Shown: in pieces, positions 1 to 12,689 of the stretch
Layout of the letters: the number at the start of each line of letters is the position of its first letter
How positions within the stretch are numbered: the stretch's first letter is position 1
Assembly: GCF_000315625.1 (NCBI RefSeq)
Contig: NW_005434587.1
Location: 124,001 to 188,000 of the forward strand
Direction: 5' to 3'
Source: Guillardia theta CCMP2712
Lineage: Eukaryota; Protista; Cryptophyta
Length of the DNA: 64,000 bases
The notes under the pieces: generated by a model
Seen by the model: the letters and a program-made list of their open reading frames with translations, nothing else
Database searches by the model: none
Told to the model about the DNA's origin: nothing
Made by a program: the position numbers and the translations under genes

Positions 1-1320
1 TACTCCATTCCTCTTCAACGGTGTCAACTTTCGGCACCATGAGCTTACAGATAAGATCAAGGTAGACGTAGGTACAACTCCTGTGACGTAAGCTCATCCT
101 GGCGTTTCCCTGAAAGATATTTTGGAGCTGGTGTGGAGCAAATCAACGAAATGTCGACGAATCTAGATGATGTTTGGGCCGTGAGATGGTTTTCATTCCA
201 CTGATTCGAGTTATCAGAGCCTCCATCTTCAGACTCCAGTCAGACACAGCTTGTCCTCAACCCCGAAGGAACCAAAGGAGTACCCCGAGAAACTCCCTTC
301 TCTCAACCCGGATGTGATATCTCTTTTCCTCCCACTGCTCTCCTCCCCGTGATGCCAGGAGCAGGAGCCTAGCTTTCCGGGACTTCGGGGAACGACGAGA
401 TACAAGGTCACTTGCATCTACTACATTGAAGTCATCTCATTGCCCAGCAGGCTACAACTGGTAATTCTGTGTCCAGGGACTCACTGGAAATCGAGGAGGT
501 ACACGGTAAAACTGTTTGCATGGGGGATGATAAGGGTCACAGGAAGAGACAAACTCGCCTTTCACACCCGATGAGTCAGCGATCGAAGTAGTTCAGAACC
601 TTCGAGAGCCAGTCAAGGTCCTCCTGAATCCCAGAGAGATGAGGGAGCTGAAGAAGTCAGAAACACGTGAATGGCGCTTGTTCGCGAGGCCCCGCACTGA
701 GAAAGTCAGCAGTTCATGAAGCGGATGAGGCCATCGCGAAAACAAAGATGCATCATCATTATGAAGAGGTGATCCGCTCTGCCCAGAGAAGTGAGCGGTC
801 AACTCTCATGCAAGAGCGAGAGGTGCTTTGCTGCGTTCTATTCCGATCAGTCTGATAGAGGTGTGTTGGTGAACACAGATAGACCATCTCAAAGGCATGA
901 TAGAGAAGTGCAAGGCCGAGATCTACCACCGAGACAAGATCATACAGGGCCTTCAACTGAGCGAGTATAACCTCCGATTGCAAGTGGCCTCGCTCAACTC
1001 TCGCATGAGTGAAACGGCGAGGTACCTACGAGTCTAAGGAGGCAAGAGTTTTTATCTTCTCACTGTGTTGCAAGGCAAGAAAACGGGGCATCCGAAACAA
1101 ACCTCTCTCACGACATACAGGAGGTGGCTGATATCTGACATTCTTTCGCCTAATCTGAAAATTCTTAGGCAATTGCAAGTGAGACTGAACGTCTTACACT
1201 TGCGTATCTGCCTGTGATCAGGTCAAAGATGTGATTCTTGCGTAATACTTTAATAATCTCTGCTCAGGGACCTCATGAAAGAGCTTGAGGATACAAGATT
1301 TCACCAGCAGTATCGATGAT
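1..1320 (+). CDS. 3' part of a multi-exon hypothetical protein (coiled-coil-like C-terminus)
   Basis: Repeated GT..AG intron-like breaks (e.g. donors at 62 and 181) between short open segments such as AVHEADEAIAKTKMHHHYEEVIRSAQRSERSTLMQERE and DLMKELEDTRFHQQYR*. No recognisable family; the 5' end lies outside the window. Confidence 0.4.
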
Positions 1321-1769
1321 GCATCAGAAAGAACGGTCTACCAAATATTCTTTCTTTGGTTCTCCGTGCCAAACTCGTGTACTATTCTACATTGCCCTGC
1401 GGAAAGAAGCGCCTGTCTGCATGGCAAGATTTCTTGTAGTTGCAAAGCAAATTTGTTGCATTCTCCTCCCCTCCCTCCCTCCCTCCATCGCTCGCTCCCT
1501 CTTCAGTTCTTCCATATCCCCATCATAAACCCCGCTATACCTATCACGTTGACCAACAACCAGAAATCGTTTCTTCCCTCCCTCCCTCCACCCACCCACC
1601 CAACTTTCCCGTTCCTCTCCTCCATTTCATCTCCATTGCCAGTGCCCCCTTTCGTTCTACCCCTGAACTACCCCATATATTGAGGACAAATACACCGGTG
1701 GTAAGTGGTGCCTTGCTTCCATGTAATGCGGGCGTATCGGACAAGGACCTGCAAAGAAGGAGGAGGGAG

Positions 1770-4700
1770 ATGAGAAGGAGAAGTTCGCCGACTGTCCTGC
1801 TCATCATCATGGCAGCAGTTCTCATGTCCCTTCCTTCCCTCCAGGGGAACAGCAAAGTCCTCCTCCTACCCCTCGCTCGACGGGATCATTGTTCCCTTGG
1901 GTTCAGGTTGCGAGGGGGTAAGGACCAGGATGATGGCGAAATGGAGGGTTCGTTCGAGATGGAGGAGGAGGAGTCGATCCCCTTCATCTCTTCTGACAAG
2001 GAGGGAGACGAGAGACTTCAGGGGATGGAGGATGAGGAGGCTGAACAAGCTGAGTTTCCCCTCCCTGGCGATCTCCTCAGCGTCCAGCTCGAGCTTTGGG
2101 TGGAGGGCAGGTTGGCCCTCGATACGAGAGCAGCGATCCAACGTTGCGCACCCAAGGAGCAAGAAGGTCTGAGAGGAGCATGAGCTGTCTCGACTGAGAG
2201 TGATGTCTTGGTTCCGACAACAGGGTCAGTGAAAAGCCTGTCTTACAGGGAAGCTGCGGAGTGTCCGATACAGTTGCTCTACGCCTACGGAGGTGATCTT
2301 AGCTACAACGAAGACTCCCGCGACTTTGAAGCCATACCAGGGTTGTTGTCCTACTACTGTGGAGAAGGATCAGGTCAGGGTGTGCATGCGATGCTGTGGG
2401 TTTGATAGGCGTTTGCAGATTGTATCCCGCCTCCTTTAGATGATGTTATCCAGAGCATGAAAGTCGGAGAATCACGAAGGTTATCTATAGATGCTCTGTT
2501 CAATTACAATGGCTTCAAAGGGCTTGCAAGGGAGCTAGGAATTGATACGATGGCTACGGTCGATGTGGTGAATTTGTTTTTGAGTTCCTCCAAACGCGAA
2601 TTGACAGATGGGTGTCTGTAGCGTGTAAAGCTTGCCGCAAAGAATGTTTTTGACGTCAATCGTGACGGATCGGTCCTTGTGAGGTCGGTAGATTGAAATT
2701 TTTGTGCTGGGAATGCTCAGTCTTCTCAAACGTCAGGTATCCCCGGAAAACTGTCAAGCAAATCCAAACATGGAGGAAAGCTAGTGATTGGAGATTGCTG
2801 GATCAACGTCCGAGGTAGCCCCTGTTGAGTATTTCGATCTTCTCTTCTTACGTGCAACTCAGTTACAATGCCGAAGTACAAATGTTGAACAGTTTCCATG
2901 GGTCCTTTCAAGTACAAAATCTCTCACAGATCTCCAGACTGAAGTTCGGGCAACTTTCCCTGTCTGACCTACAGGTCACCGAGGCTCGCAGTGAATGGTT
3001 CAGGATGCGGAGTGATGATCTCTCTACTGGCTTGCAGGATGCAATCGTCAAATACTCTGTTGCTGAATCCCCCATTACAGTCTATGTGAGAAGGGGGGAG
3101 AGAACAAACGAGGATTCCTTGGATTCAGGTTTGACTGCGATAGAAGGGATGGAACATTTCAAACCCTCCATGTATCACGTCTACAACGTGACAGTCCTTG
3201 AGTGGAATGAGTACAGAAAGATGACAGAGGACGGGGGACTCATCTTATGTATGAGAGACTGTCGCAAATCTTTCTCGAAGATTGTTCGCCCAAGCCTTGA
3301 TGCAGACTTGTTGTCTCTAGATCTTCATTGTCGCATTGTAAATGAGGAAAACAATGATTTCACGAGGAGGAAGGTTACTACCTGGCGTGATTTTGACAAG
3401 TGTGCAAGACACGCGTCTCAAGAAGACAACTGTCATGAAATTACAACAAATAGGACATGGACGTCTGGGAAGGAATGGAAAGACTGCAACATGAAGATAA
3501 TCTTGGGAGATTTTGAGCTTGCTTCAGGGTTGGAACGATGCTTGCAACAGATATACATTGGACAGCAATGCAAGGCATGGATGCGAGCCCCTTACCTCAA
3601 CACGTTCAAGTGGAACGAGGGAAACGTAAGGGGTGAAGGGGGCTTGTTTGGCCCAAGTGCAGAAGCTCTCTATGAATGTGAATGGAAGGTCTTGAATATC
3701 ACTCCAAAGTTTAAACACTCCAAAGATCAATTGATGATCCTTGCAAAGAAGAGGAAATCCCTCGGTAATCAGTTGATGGAACTTGAACAATTTGAAGATG
3801 CGAAAGAAGTGTACTTTCGCGCGCTTGACCTTCTTGGAGACCTCAGGGTCGAAGAGGACGGAGAGGTGTCCTCCAACAGATCTGAGGTCAATGTCATATC
3901 TTCATCCACAACACTCTATCAGCCTACTGTTCCGGCTCGAGAGCTCGAAGCGACGGTCAAGATCAATTTGGCAACAGCTGACATCCAACTTAAGAATTAT
4001 GATGAGGTAAGACCTGTTTCATCTTATTCCATGGTATAAAACTCGTTTGGGATACAGGCGATTTGCACCTTGGACAAGCTGATTGACAATGAACCTAAGG
4101 TTTCCCGGGCATACCAACGGAGGATAATCGCGGCCTTCAAGAAAGGGGACATGGAGTCGTTTGAAAGAGATTTGAAGTTGCTTGAAGCTTTGGTGGATGT
4201 AAAAGACAAGAGTTTGAAAGAACTACCCTTTCAGGAGAGCAATCCAGTTTCAAGACGTGAATTTGAAAGGCTTGAAGAAATGTTAAAGCAATACAAATCT
4301 GATTTTGCTGAGAAAGAAAAGACTATTTTCTCGAAAATGTTTCAGAGGCCAAAACGAAAGGCCAAGCCAAATCAGGGGAAAGCAGAAGATCAAGGAAAGT
4401 CTACAACTGACTTGATGAAGCAAAACATGTCTCAAATCACAGAGATGACTAGTCCTCGGCGAGAAAAAGTTACAAAGTTATCTATACAGGGTCACGAAAA
4501 TCCGCATATTATTGTACAGAAGGAAATTGGGGAAGAAGAACAGAAGAGGAGGAGAGAGGAGATGGCTCGTAATGCTGCAGCAAATTACAATCAGACAGTG
4601 GAAAGTGGGGTCCAGAAGCTAAGGGAAGAAAGGGTCAAGGAGGAGAGATCGAAATTAAAAAGTGTGGGAAGCCAAGAAAGTTTGAAGCAGGACATAAGGT

Positions 4701-5798
4701 TTACTCCGCATTCTGTCACTGACAATCCGCAAGACTTCCCGCCTGACCTTCGATCTGTCTTGAGCCCAGCCATAGAACCTCCAAGACTAAAGGACGAGGT
4801 CAAGAAAGACGATTTCGATATACCTCAAGATCCCTTCATCTTTTCCGAAATGTTGAAAAGAAGCAAAGAGGAGCTGAAAACTTCGCAACTTGAGAATGTC
4901 AAGGTGAAGAGGTCGATTCTGCAACATTTGATTCATACTGTCACGACCGTCAAGAGAGAAGGGGGAAGGTTTAGCGACCTTATGACTAACGAGATGGAGC
5001 TGTTAAAACGACAGCTCATCGAGCTAGAGCAGGAGTCTGAGAGGGAGCTGGTTGAGACATCCGAGGTAAGTGCGGAGCATTTTATTGATAGCACCTCACG
5101 TCGGTCGGGCAGATGATGGAGAGTGTCTTGAGGGGGCCGAACTCAACTTCGATTCAACGAAAGAATCTGTTACAGACGTTGAGAGCTGTGCATGATGTGC
5201 AGAGGCAGAAAGTGAAAGTCTGCTCAGAGATGATCTCGAAACTTCTTCAGTTGCAGGATCCGCATGTTGACCTGGACGAGTTTGAGCAACAGATCCGATT
5301 GGAAGAGACAATCGCTGCGGAGATGGGGATGCAAGTGGATGATACTGTTGATGATGCTGCATACGTGGAGACCTTGGATGACAACCAGGAAAGGAGGTAT
5401 CAAGAACACCAATCACAGGGAAAACGAGCTACAATAGAAGAGGCTCACGCCAACTTTATGAACACAAAGGATTACGGTGCGTGTTTGTCTGATATTTCGT
5501 GCAACTTGAGGCCTGACAGCTTTTGACAGGTTACATAGACCAAATTTCTGAGATCTTGCAGGATGAAGAACTTCTGAAAGAGTCAAGAAGCACCATTCAT
5601 GAAGTCTGTCCTGGGCACGTAGTGGACCCCAACGACAAAGATGCGGTTTGTCCAAACTGCAACCTTGTTGGAAAGAAGAGAGACCAGATCGAACGTGACA
5701 ACAACAACACAGTCGTTCCAGGCAAACCTCAGTACAATGACGAAGAAGCGAGGCAGATTATGGAGATCGTGCGAAACGATACCAGATACGGCGCTTGA
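1770..5798 (+). CDS. Signal-peptide-bearing FKBP-like/TPR immunophilin-type protein with long coiled-coil tail (multi-exon)
   Basis: Hydrophobic N-terminus MRRRSSPTVLLIIMAAVLMSLPSLQG. Degenerate FKBP segments (GDLLSVQLELWVEG, IPPPLDDVIQSMKVGE, LGDFELASGLERCLQQIYIGQQC). TPR helices (AKKRKSLGNQLMELEQFEDAKEVYFRAL, VKINLATADIQLKNYDE, PKVSRAYQRR). ORFs 1440-2183, 2825-4039, 4070-5116, 5113-5526 and 5523-5798 can be joined by short introns. Confidence 0.65.
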
Positions 5799-5819
5799 AA
5801 TGCAGAGAGCTTCTCGTTG

Positions 5820-6430
5820 CTAGATTCCTTCAAGCAGTGTAGGCCATGAATCTTTGTCAGTAGAGTGCAACAACTCTCTGGATATGAGAAATGACAAGTA
5901 TGGATTGCCGCTCCTTGCTCTCCTTGGTTCCATTTTGATTGTTGACCAACCAGTGTCAGACTTGTTGGCGTACGTGCAAGACAGCAAGATGTGATAAACT
6001 TTTATGCATATCTTGCGGATCATCCGCAAGATATGCATAAACTTGCGGATTTCATCAACAGTCATTCTCAAGTTTCGGTATCGACAGCTTTTTTCCAAAG
6101 AAATGGTTAGCAGTTGGTCATATTCGTCTCATCCAGATCTTTTCTTCAGCATTCTTGTTCCTGCTTCAGGAGCATATCCTTGTCAACACTTGCAGTGAGC
6201 ACGATGAAATTCATCGATGATTCTTATCCCACTTGACCATCCTAACACTGAGTGGGTCTTGCCTGATGTTAGGGGACCGCAGGATTTCAACCCATATCAG
6301 ATATTGGAGTCAACACAATCATTAAATTCATCATCGATTCGTTGACTTCCTTCCACAGTGATAGATCTCACAATCAACTGCACTCTTTCTCCCGTCTTGA
6401 GATTTTTATCAGGGTTCTCCTCCAGTGTCC
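5820..6430 (-). pseudogene. Possible decayed gene fragment, weakly protein-kinase C-lobe-like
   Basis: Minus-strand peptide stretches GYAPE and LEKSCRYRNLRMTVDEIRK are interrupted by in-frame stops. The resemblance to kinase subdomains VIII and XI is weak. Confidence 0.2.
6001..6041. repeat. Perfect 20-bp inverted repeat with 1-nt spacer
   Basis: tttatgcatatcttgcggat-c-atccgcaagatatgcataaa; the arms are exact reverse complements. Confidence 0.95.
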
Positions 6431-6470
6431 TAGGTTATGGATGCGAATGATCTGTGTGAATCCTTTCTAT

Positions 6471-6540
6471 CCTCTCTCCTCTCTCCTCTCTCCACTCTCC
6501 TCTCTCCTCTCTCCTCTGTCCCCTCTCTCCTCTCGCCTCT
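6471..6540. repeat. (CTCTCCT)n heptamer microsatellite
   Basis: Tandem imperfect CTCTCCT units seen directly. Confidence 0.85.
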
Positions 6541-7033
6541 GAAATATAGATGTTTGGGCCTGCAAAGTACGGGAGTCCCTTTCGCCCGATTGAACACAGC
6601 GGCTTCCTACTGCGGAGGATTGAGATCCGTTTTATCATCTCCATCAATATCCTGATCGTCCGATTAGGGTTTACCTCTCACAGCCCTGTCTGTCGTGCTA
6701 TCCAGCAGTGACTACCACCAGGATGTAAGTTCAACAGCGATAGGCGTCAACATGAAGATATGGTCGAGTCATAGCTGGCGATAGCGAGAGGGGATTTCGA
6801 CCGGGTGAAGCAGATGAACGGATAGCAACAAACTTCTGCTCGAGGCAGAGAGGGAGCGTCTAACGTCTCCGCACCAACAGCACCTCTTCCTCCTCGTACC
6901 ACTTGTCAGCCCAAGTCCATACGAGACCTGACTTCAGACACAAGAGCGCTGGAACCGGACTTATTACCAGAAGGATACCGAAGATAGAGGACAATCACTT
7001 CATTACTCAATCATCATACAACAGCACCTCTAC

Positions 7034-7133
7034 NNNNNNNNNNNNNNNNNNNNNNNNNNNNNNNNNNNNNNNNNNNNNNNNNNNNNNNNNNNNNNNNNNN
7101 NNNNNNNNNNNNNNNNNNNNNNNNNNNNNNNNN
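7034..7133. other. Assembly gap (N run)
   Basis: Run of N. Confidence 1.
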
Positions 7134-7426
7134 ACTCACTTGAAGATGCTAAAAGCAGAAGAAAGAAGAGCGGAGAGGAGCAAAAACGAGGAATTTAGAA
7201 CCACAAGAGAGATAAGAGTCAACACGAAACAAAAAATCAGGACAAACGCATAACTCAATTATAGGAAGGGGAAAAGACAATAAAAAACATAGTTAGAGGA
7301 TGAGAAGATGAAAAAAAAAATCACGAGCAAAAGTAATAGGTAGGGATCGAGGGAAGTGGGAGAATCAGATTGATTCTTAACTTCCGAGGGCCACGGCGCT
7401 CGAGTGGCTCATACGATGTCCCCTGG

Positions 7427-7687
7427 CTCCTCTCGCCTCTCTCCTCTCTCCTCTCTCCTCTCTCCTCTCTCCTCTCTCCTCTCTCCTCTCTCCTCTCTCC
7501 TCTCTCCCCTCTCCGCTCTCCTCTCTCCTCTCTCCTCTCTCCTCTCTCCTCTCTCCTCTCTCCCCTCTCCTCTCTCCTCTCTCCTCTCTCCTCTCTCCTC
7601 TCTCCTCTCTCCTCTCTCCTCTCTCCTCTCTCCTCTCTCTCCTCTCTCCTCTCTCCTCTCTCCTCTCTCCTCTCTCCTCTCTCCTCC
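7427..7687. repeat. (CTCTCCT)n heptamer microsatellite, ~260 bp
   Basis: Long tandem array; it explains the spurious LSPLSSL and REERGER ORFs. Confidence 0.95.
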
Positions 7688-8271
7688 ACTCCCTGCAACT
7701 CGCCTTTTCAAGTTCCACACGCCTTGGTGGCCGTCAACCTCCAAGGGTAGGGGTGGTATTCGACCTCAACAAGAGCCTAAAGTGCCCCTACTAATAATTA
7801 AGTACAAATGGGGGTAGGGGTAGGGTACAGCGGAAATGTTGATCGCTGACTAGGCTCACTCTAAGACCCCAGGTCCTACTGATATCGTAAGTCAATACGG
7901 TGATGTAGATCCCAATATCCCTGCTGGATAGGACCGAGTCATAGGACCGAGATACGGCAAATGGATAGAAAGCTACCAGGGAGGTTCTAGTCCGGTCTTA
8001 CTATGCGGTAGAATTACTACAAATTTGGTGCTAAGACCTGAGGCATATAAGTGCTAAGACCCGGTGGTAGGAAGATGCTTGACTAGAAAGACAGAAAAAC
8101 GGTGGGCGGTAAAATGAGAGCAATGGCGGCGAGGCAGTAGCGGGGGGAGAGGAGAGGGGCAGAGAGGAGAGAAGAAGAGGAGAGGAGAAGGGGTGAGCAG
8201 GAGGAAGAGAACGCTGCACTGCTTGCGGCAGGAGAGAGCGGAGAGCGGAGGTTGAGGAGAAGGGCTAAAAT

Positions 8272-11200
8272 ATGGGGGACATGAAGCTGCTGCCGAGGAG
8301 GAACAGAGGGAACGGAGCGGGGTCCTACGAGATGGATGAGATGGAGCCGAGGGACAAAGGGAGGAGGAGAGAAGCAGCGTATGATCATCGCATGACAGGA
8401 AACTCAGAGGAGATGAGTGGGAGTGATAGTGATGAAGAGTGGGGATACTGCTGGAATTGTGACGCGCCGGTGAGGAACCACTGGGAGACTTGTCCGTCGT
8501 TGGGCTGCGGTGTGTCGCTGGAGAGGGATGACAACGACGAGGATCAGCATCATTATCAGCCTCGTCGCTCAAGCTCTTCAAGAAAATCCACAGCAACGCA
8601 CTCAGAGGCATCCGACGACAGTTTCTTTCCTCCTCAGACGACCACCAGCGCTTTCGGCAAGTTCAGGCCGAGAGGCGGCGGCTTCCAGCCACCCGATGAC
8701 GACACGATTCATGTCGATGACGATCACCATGATAATGATGAGAAGGTCGACTACTTTGACAACATGCCACCACCACAGCGAAAGTCTTCTCTGCTCCACG
8801 GCAAAGTCAACAACGCTGGTGCTGAGTCCCTGGGTGCGGTGAAGATGCCAGACTGGATGAAGCTGACGGAGATAAGGAAGGATGTCATCAATGAAAGCAG
8901 CGAGTCCGACATGCGCGTTCATTTGAACGCTTCAGAGCTGAACGAGCAGGAGATAGCAAATGCTAAGAAGAAGAAACGACCGATCAGTGGAAACTCTGTG
9001 ACCACAGCAAAGTACACATTCTACAGCTTCCTCTTCATCAATCTTTACCAACAGTTCTCAAGATTTGCAAACATTTACTTCTTGGTGATCGCAGCTTTGC
9101 AGCTGCTGACTCCTCTGTCACCCACAGGGCGGTACTCGACTGCGGCCCCTCTTGCTCTTGTACTTGCCGCCAACATGGTGCGTGAGATCTGGGAAGATAG
9201 CAAACGTCATAAGGACGATTATGAAGTCAACAACCGGGTCATTGAAGTCATTCGGGGCGGAAGAGTTGTTGAGGAACTCTGGAAGAACCTCAAAGTCGGA
9301 GACATCGTGTGGGTAAAGAAAGGCACGGAGTTCCCGGCAGACTTGGTTCAGCTTGCGTCAAGTGATGAGTCCGGGGGTTCATACATCGATACTTGCAACC
9401 TGGATGGCGAGACAAACCTGAAGATCAAGTCCTCTCTCAGTTTGACACAGGATGCAAGGAACCATTCTCAAATTTCTAAAACTCGCGGTCTCTTTGAATA
9501 CGAACCGCCCAACAAGCGGCTGTACACTTTTGTGGGAAAGGTGAAGTTTTCCATTGCATCTCATTCAAAAGCTCACGCCTTGATAATTTCAGGTGACCAT
9601 TGATCAACAAACTATCCCTGTAGACAACGATGTAGTGCTTCTTCGAGGAGCTGTACTAAGGAACACCAAGTGGATTTACGGCGTCGTCGTCTATGCTGGC
9701 AAACAAACAAAGTTGCTCATGAATGCAAGGGCTGCTCAGCTGAAAATGAGCAATGTAGAGAGATTGACCAACAGGATTCTTGCGGCCGTTTTGCTCTTTG
9801 AACTTATAATGTGCAGTCTTGGATGTATTGGAAATGCAATCTGGGCGAAAGGCAATAAGACTACTTGGTATATGCCCTATCTTGAATCGCAATCGACTGC
9901 AGAAGTCTTATCTTCCTGGATCACATACTTCATCTTGCTAAACAATTATCTGCCGATCTCTCTTTACGTTTCCATGGAGTTGGCCAAACTCGGGCAGAAA
10001 GTGCTGATTGATAATGACGTGGAGATGTATCATGCCAAGTCAGACACTCCAGCACTCGCTCGCACTTCCAACCTGAATGAAGAGCTCGGACAGATCGAGT
10101 ACATTTTCAGTGACAAGACTGGGACACTCACAAGGAATGAGATGGAGTTCAGGAAATGTTTCATCGTCAACACATCCTACGGGTTCGGAACGACTGAGAT
10201 TGGAGCTTCGATGGCAATGAGACAGAAGGGGGAGATGAAGAAGGATCCAGCAGAGGCGGATGCTGATGCTACGATAGCTCAGTACAACTACGATCCCAGC
10301 TTTGTGAGTTGCCCTCCGCTGTCTACCTTCACAAACACTGACTGACTTCACCGCAGACCTTTGACGACGTGAGGATAAGGAAGCGAATAGAATCGAACCA
10401 TCCTGACAGCCGCGCCATTCGTGATTTCTTTCGCAACCTCTCAGTATCTCACACGGTCGTCCCTGAGGGTGAACCGCAACCCAACAAGATCAAGTACCAG
10501 GCAGAGTCTCCCGACGAGGGAGCGCTGGTATCCGCAGCCAAGTGCCTGGGATTCTTCTACTGCGAGAAGACTGCCAAGACCCACACGGTGGATGTGTTCG
10601 GGCAGCGGGAGACCTACGAGATTCTCAACGTCAACAAGTTCAACTCGACCAGGAAGAGGATGTCTTGTGTGGTTAAAACTCCTGAGAACCGGCTCATGCT
10701 GTACATCAAAGGAGCTGACAACGTCATGCTGGACAGGCTGGCACCTGGACAATCATACATCCACGAGACTGCCGACATGCTGAAATCCTACGCGCAGGAA
10801 GGGCTGAGAACCCTGGTGATCGGGCAGAGAGAAATCTCAGAGCAGGAGTGGAGGGAGTGGGACAAGGTCTTTCGTCATGCTGCCTCCTCCCTTGTGGACC
10901 GCGAGGATAAATTGATGGATGCAGCAGAGATGATCGAGAGAGACATCACGCTTGTCGGAGCGACGGCGATCGAGGACAAGCTACAGATCGGAGTACCAGA
11001 TGCGATCTCGACGCTGGCCATGGCGGGGATCAAGATCTGGGTGTTGACTGGAGACAAGCAGGAGACGGCGGAGAACATCGGGTTCGCATGCAACTTGATC
11101 AAGGAGGAAATGAAGCGAATCTATCTGCTGGAGGGCGACACGGACACGATCAAGCGAAGTGTCATCCAGGAGATGGAGGATATGAAGAAGACTCCTGACA

Positions 11201-12501
11201 AGGAGCACTGTCTGATAGTGGACGGCAAGGCGCTGTTAGAAATCATGCGAGCGCAGGAGGAGAAAGACGCGAGTTCTGACAGCCTCGATCTCATGCTCTC
11301 CTTCCTCGACCTCGCTAAGAAGTGCAAGGCAGTCGTAGCATGCAGAGTTTCACCCGATCAGAAGCGTCAGATCGTCGCCATGGTAAGTCTTCAGTCCCCA
11401 TCCGCCTGTACGTGCTGAATTTTCTACTCCTCCCAGGTGAAGCACAACGTCAAGCCTTATCCGATGACCCTCGCGATCGGGGATGGAGCCAATGACGTCC
11501 CGATGATCCTGGAGGCCAGTGTCGGCATCGGCATCAGCGGCAACGAGGGCATGCAGGCTGTCCGCTCCTCCGACTATGCCATCGCGCAGTTTCGGTTCCT
11601 CAAGCGGCTGCTCCTCGTGCACGGCCGATCGAACTACAAGCGAGTGTCAGTGGTGGTTATGTACTCCCTTTACAAGAACTGCACCCTCGTCTCCACCCTC
11701 TTCGCCTTCGGAACCTACAGCGGGTGGACTGGCACAGCTCTCTTCGACGCCCTCATGCTCGCCGGGTTCAACGTCGGCTGGGCTTTCTTCGGCGTGATCA
11801 TCTTCGGCACCATCGAGAACGACGTGAGTCCGACAGCAGCCATCGCTTACCCTCAGCTCTACATGTCGGGGCAGCAGCAGCGAGACTTCAACATGCGCGT
11901 TCTCCTCCGGTGGTTCCTGACGGGGATCTACCATACCGTCATCTGCTTCTTCATCGCCTCCGCCATCTTCATGAACATGACGGTCAAGCCGACGTGGGCA
12001 GAGGACGGGCACGTGGTCTTCGGCACCATCGTTCAACAGTCCATCATAGCCGTTGTCAACCTGAAGCTGCTCATCGAGACTAACTACCTGACCAACTACA
12101 GCTTGTTCTCATACGTGCTTGGCTGGCTGCTCTTCGTCCTTGGAGGCCTGATCCACTCCCTCTGGGCCATGAGCAGCTTCTTCACGCAGATCCCGTACGA
12201 GTACTTCGACATCCATCCTGTCCTCCTCTGGTCCATCGTCGGATGGTTCACACAGCTGCTCTCCATTGTCATCGCCATGATCCCGGAGCTCTCTGTCAAG
12301 TACATCATCCGCACTTACTTCCCCCAGCCCAGCGACATCGTCAAGGAGCTCGACAACGGTCATGGCGGGGGGCTCGCCGCCCACTCGGCGGTGGCGGAGT
12401 GGGCAGGAGACTTGCCGGCGAGCGAGACGGCAGTGCAGGAGAAGAAGCCGCAGGGAGTGAAGAAGATGGACGTGCGAGTTGTCAAGCGATCTCAAGCGTG
12501 A
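8272..12501 (+). CDS. P4-type ATPase phospholipid flippase (ATP8A/Drs2/ALA family)
   Basis: Motifs NSVTTAKYT, LDGETNLK, PISLYVS, ARTSNLNEELGQIEYIFSDKTGTLT (phospho-Asp), ESPDEGALV, IEDKLQ, LTGDKQETA, CRVSPDQK and AIGDGANDV. Introns 9541-9592, 10304-10356 and 11383-11436; a possible last intron would move the stop to ~12543. Confidence 0.96.
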
Positions 12502-12594
12502 GAAGACTTGTAGGTTGGAAACCTTCACTTGCGGTGGAGGTGAGGGAGCGGCGGGAAGCGACGGTCCAGCTCTGGGCTCCGGTATGATCGAAAT

Positions 12595-12640
12595 AGAGGA
12601 GAGGAGAGGAGAGGAGAGGAGAGGAGAGGAGAGGAGAGAA
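12595..12640. repeat. (GGAGA)n microsatellite between convergent genes
   Basis: Tandem pentamer seen directly. Confidence 0.9.
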
Positions 12641-12689
12641 GCGTGCGGGTGTTGACTATCCGTGTGCGGTAAAAGTGTTAAAGAACGCA

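Noticed and set aside
7321-7817. ORFs with REERGER or LSPLSSL repeats
   Set aside because: They are translations of a heptamer microsatellite.
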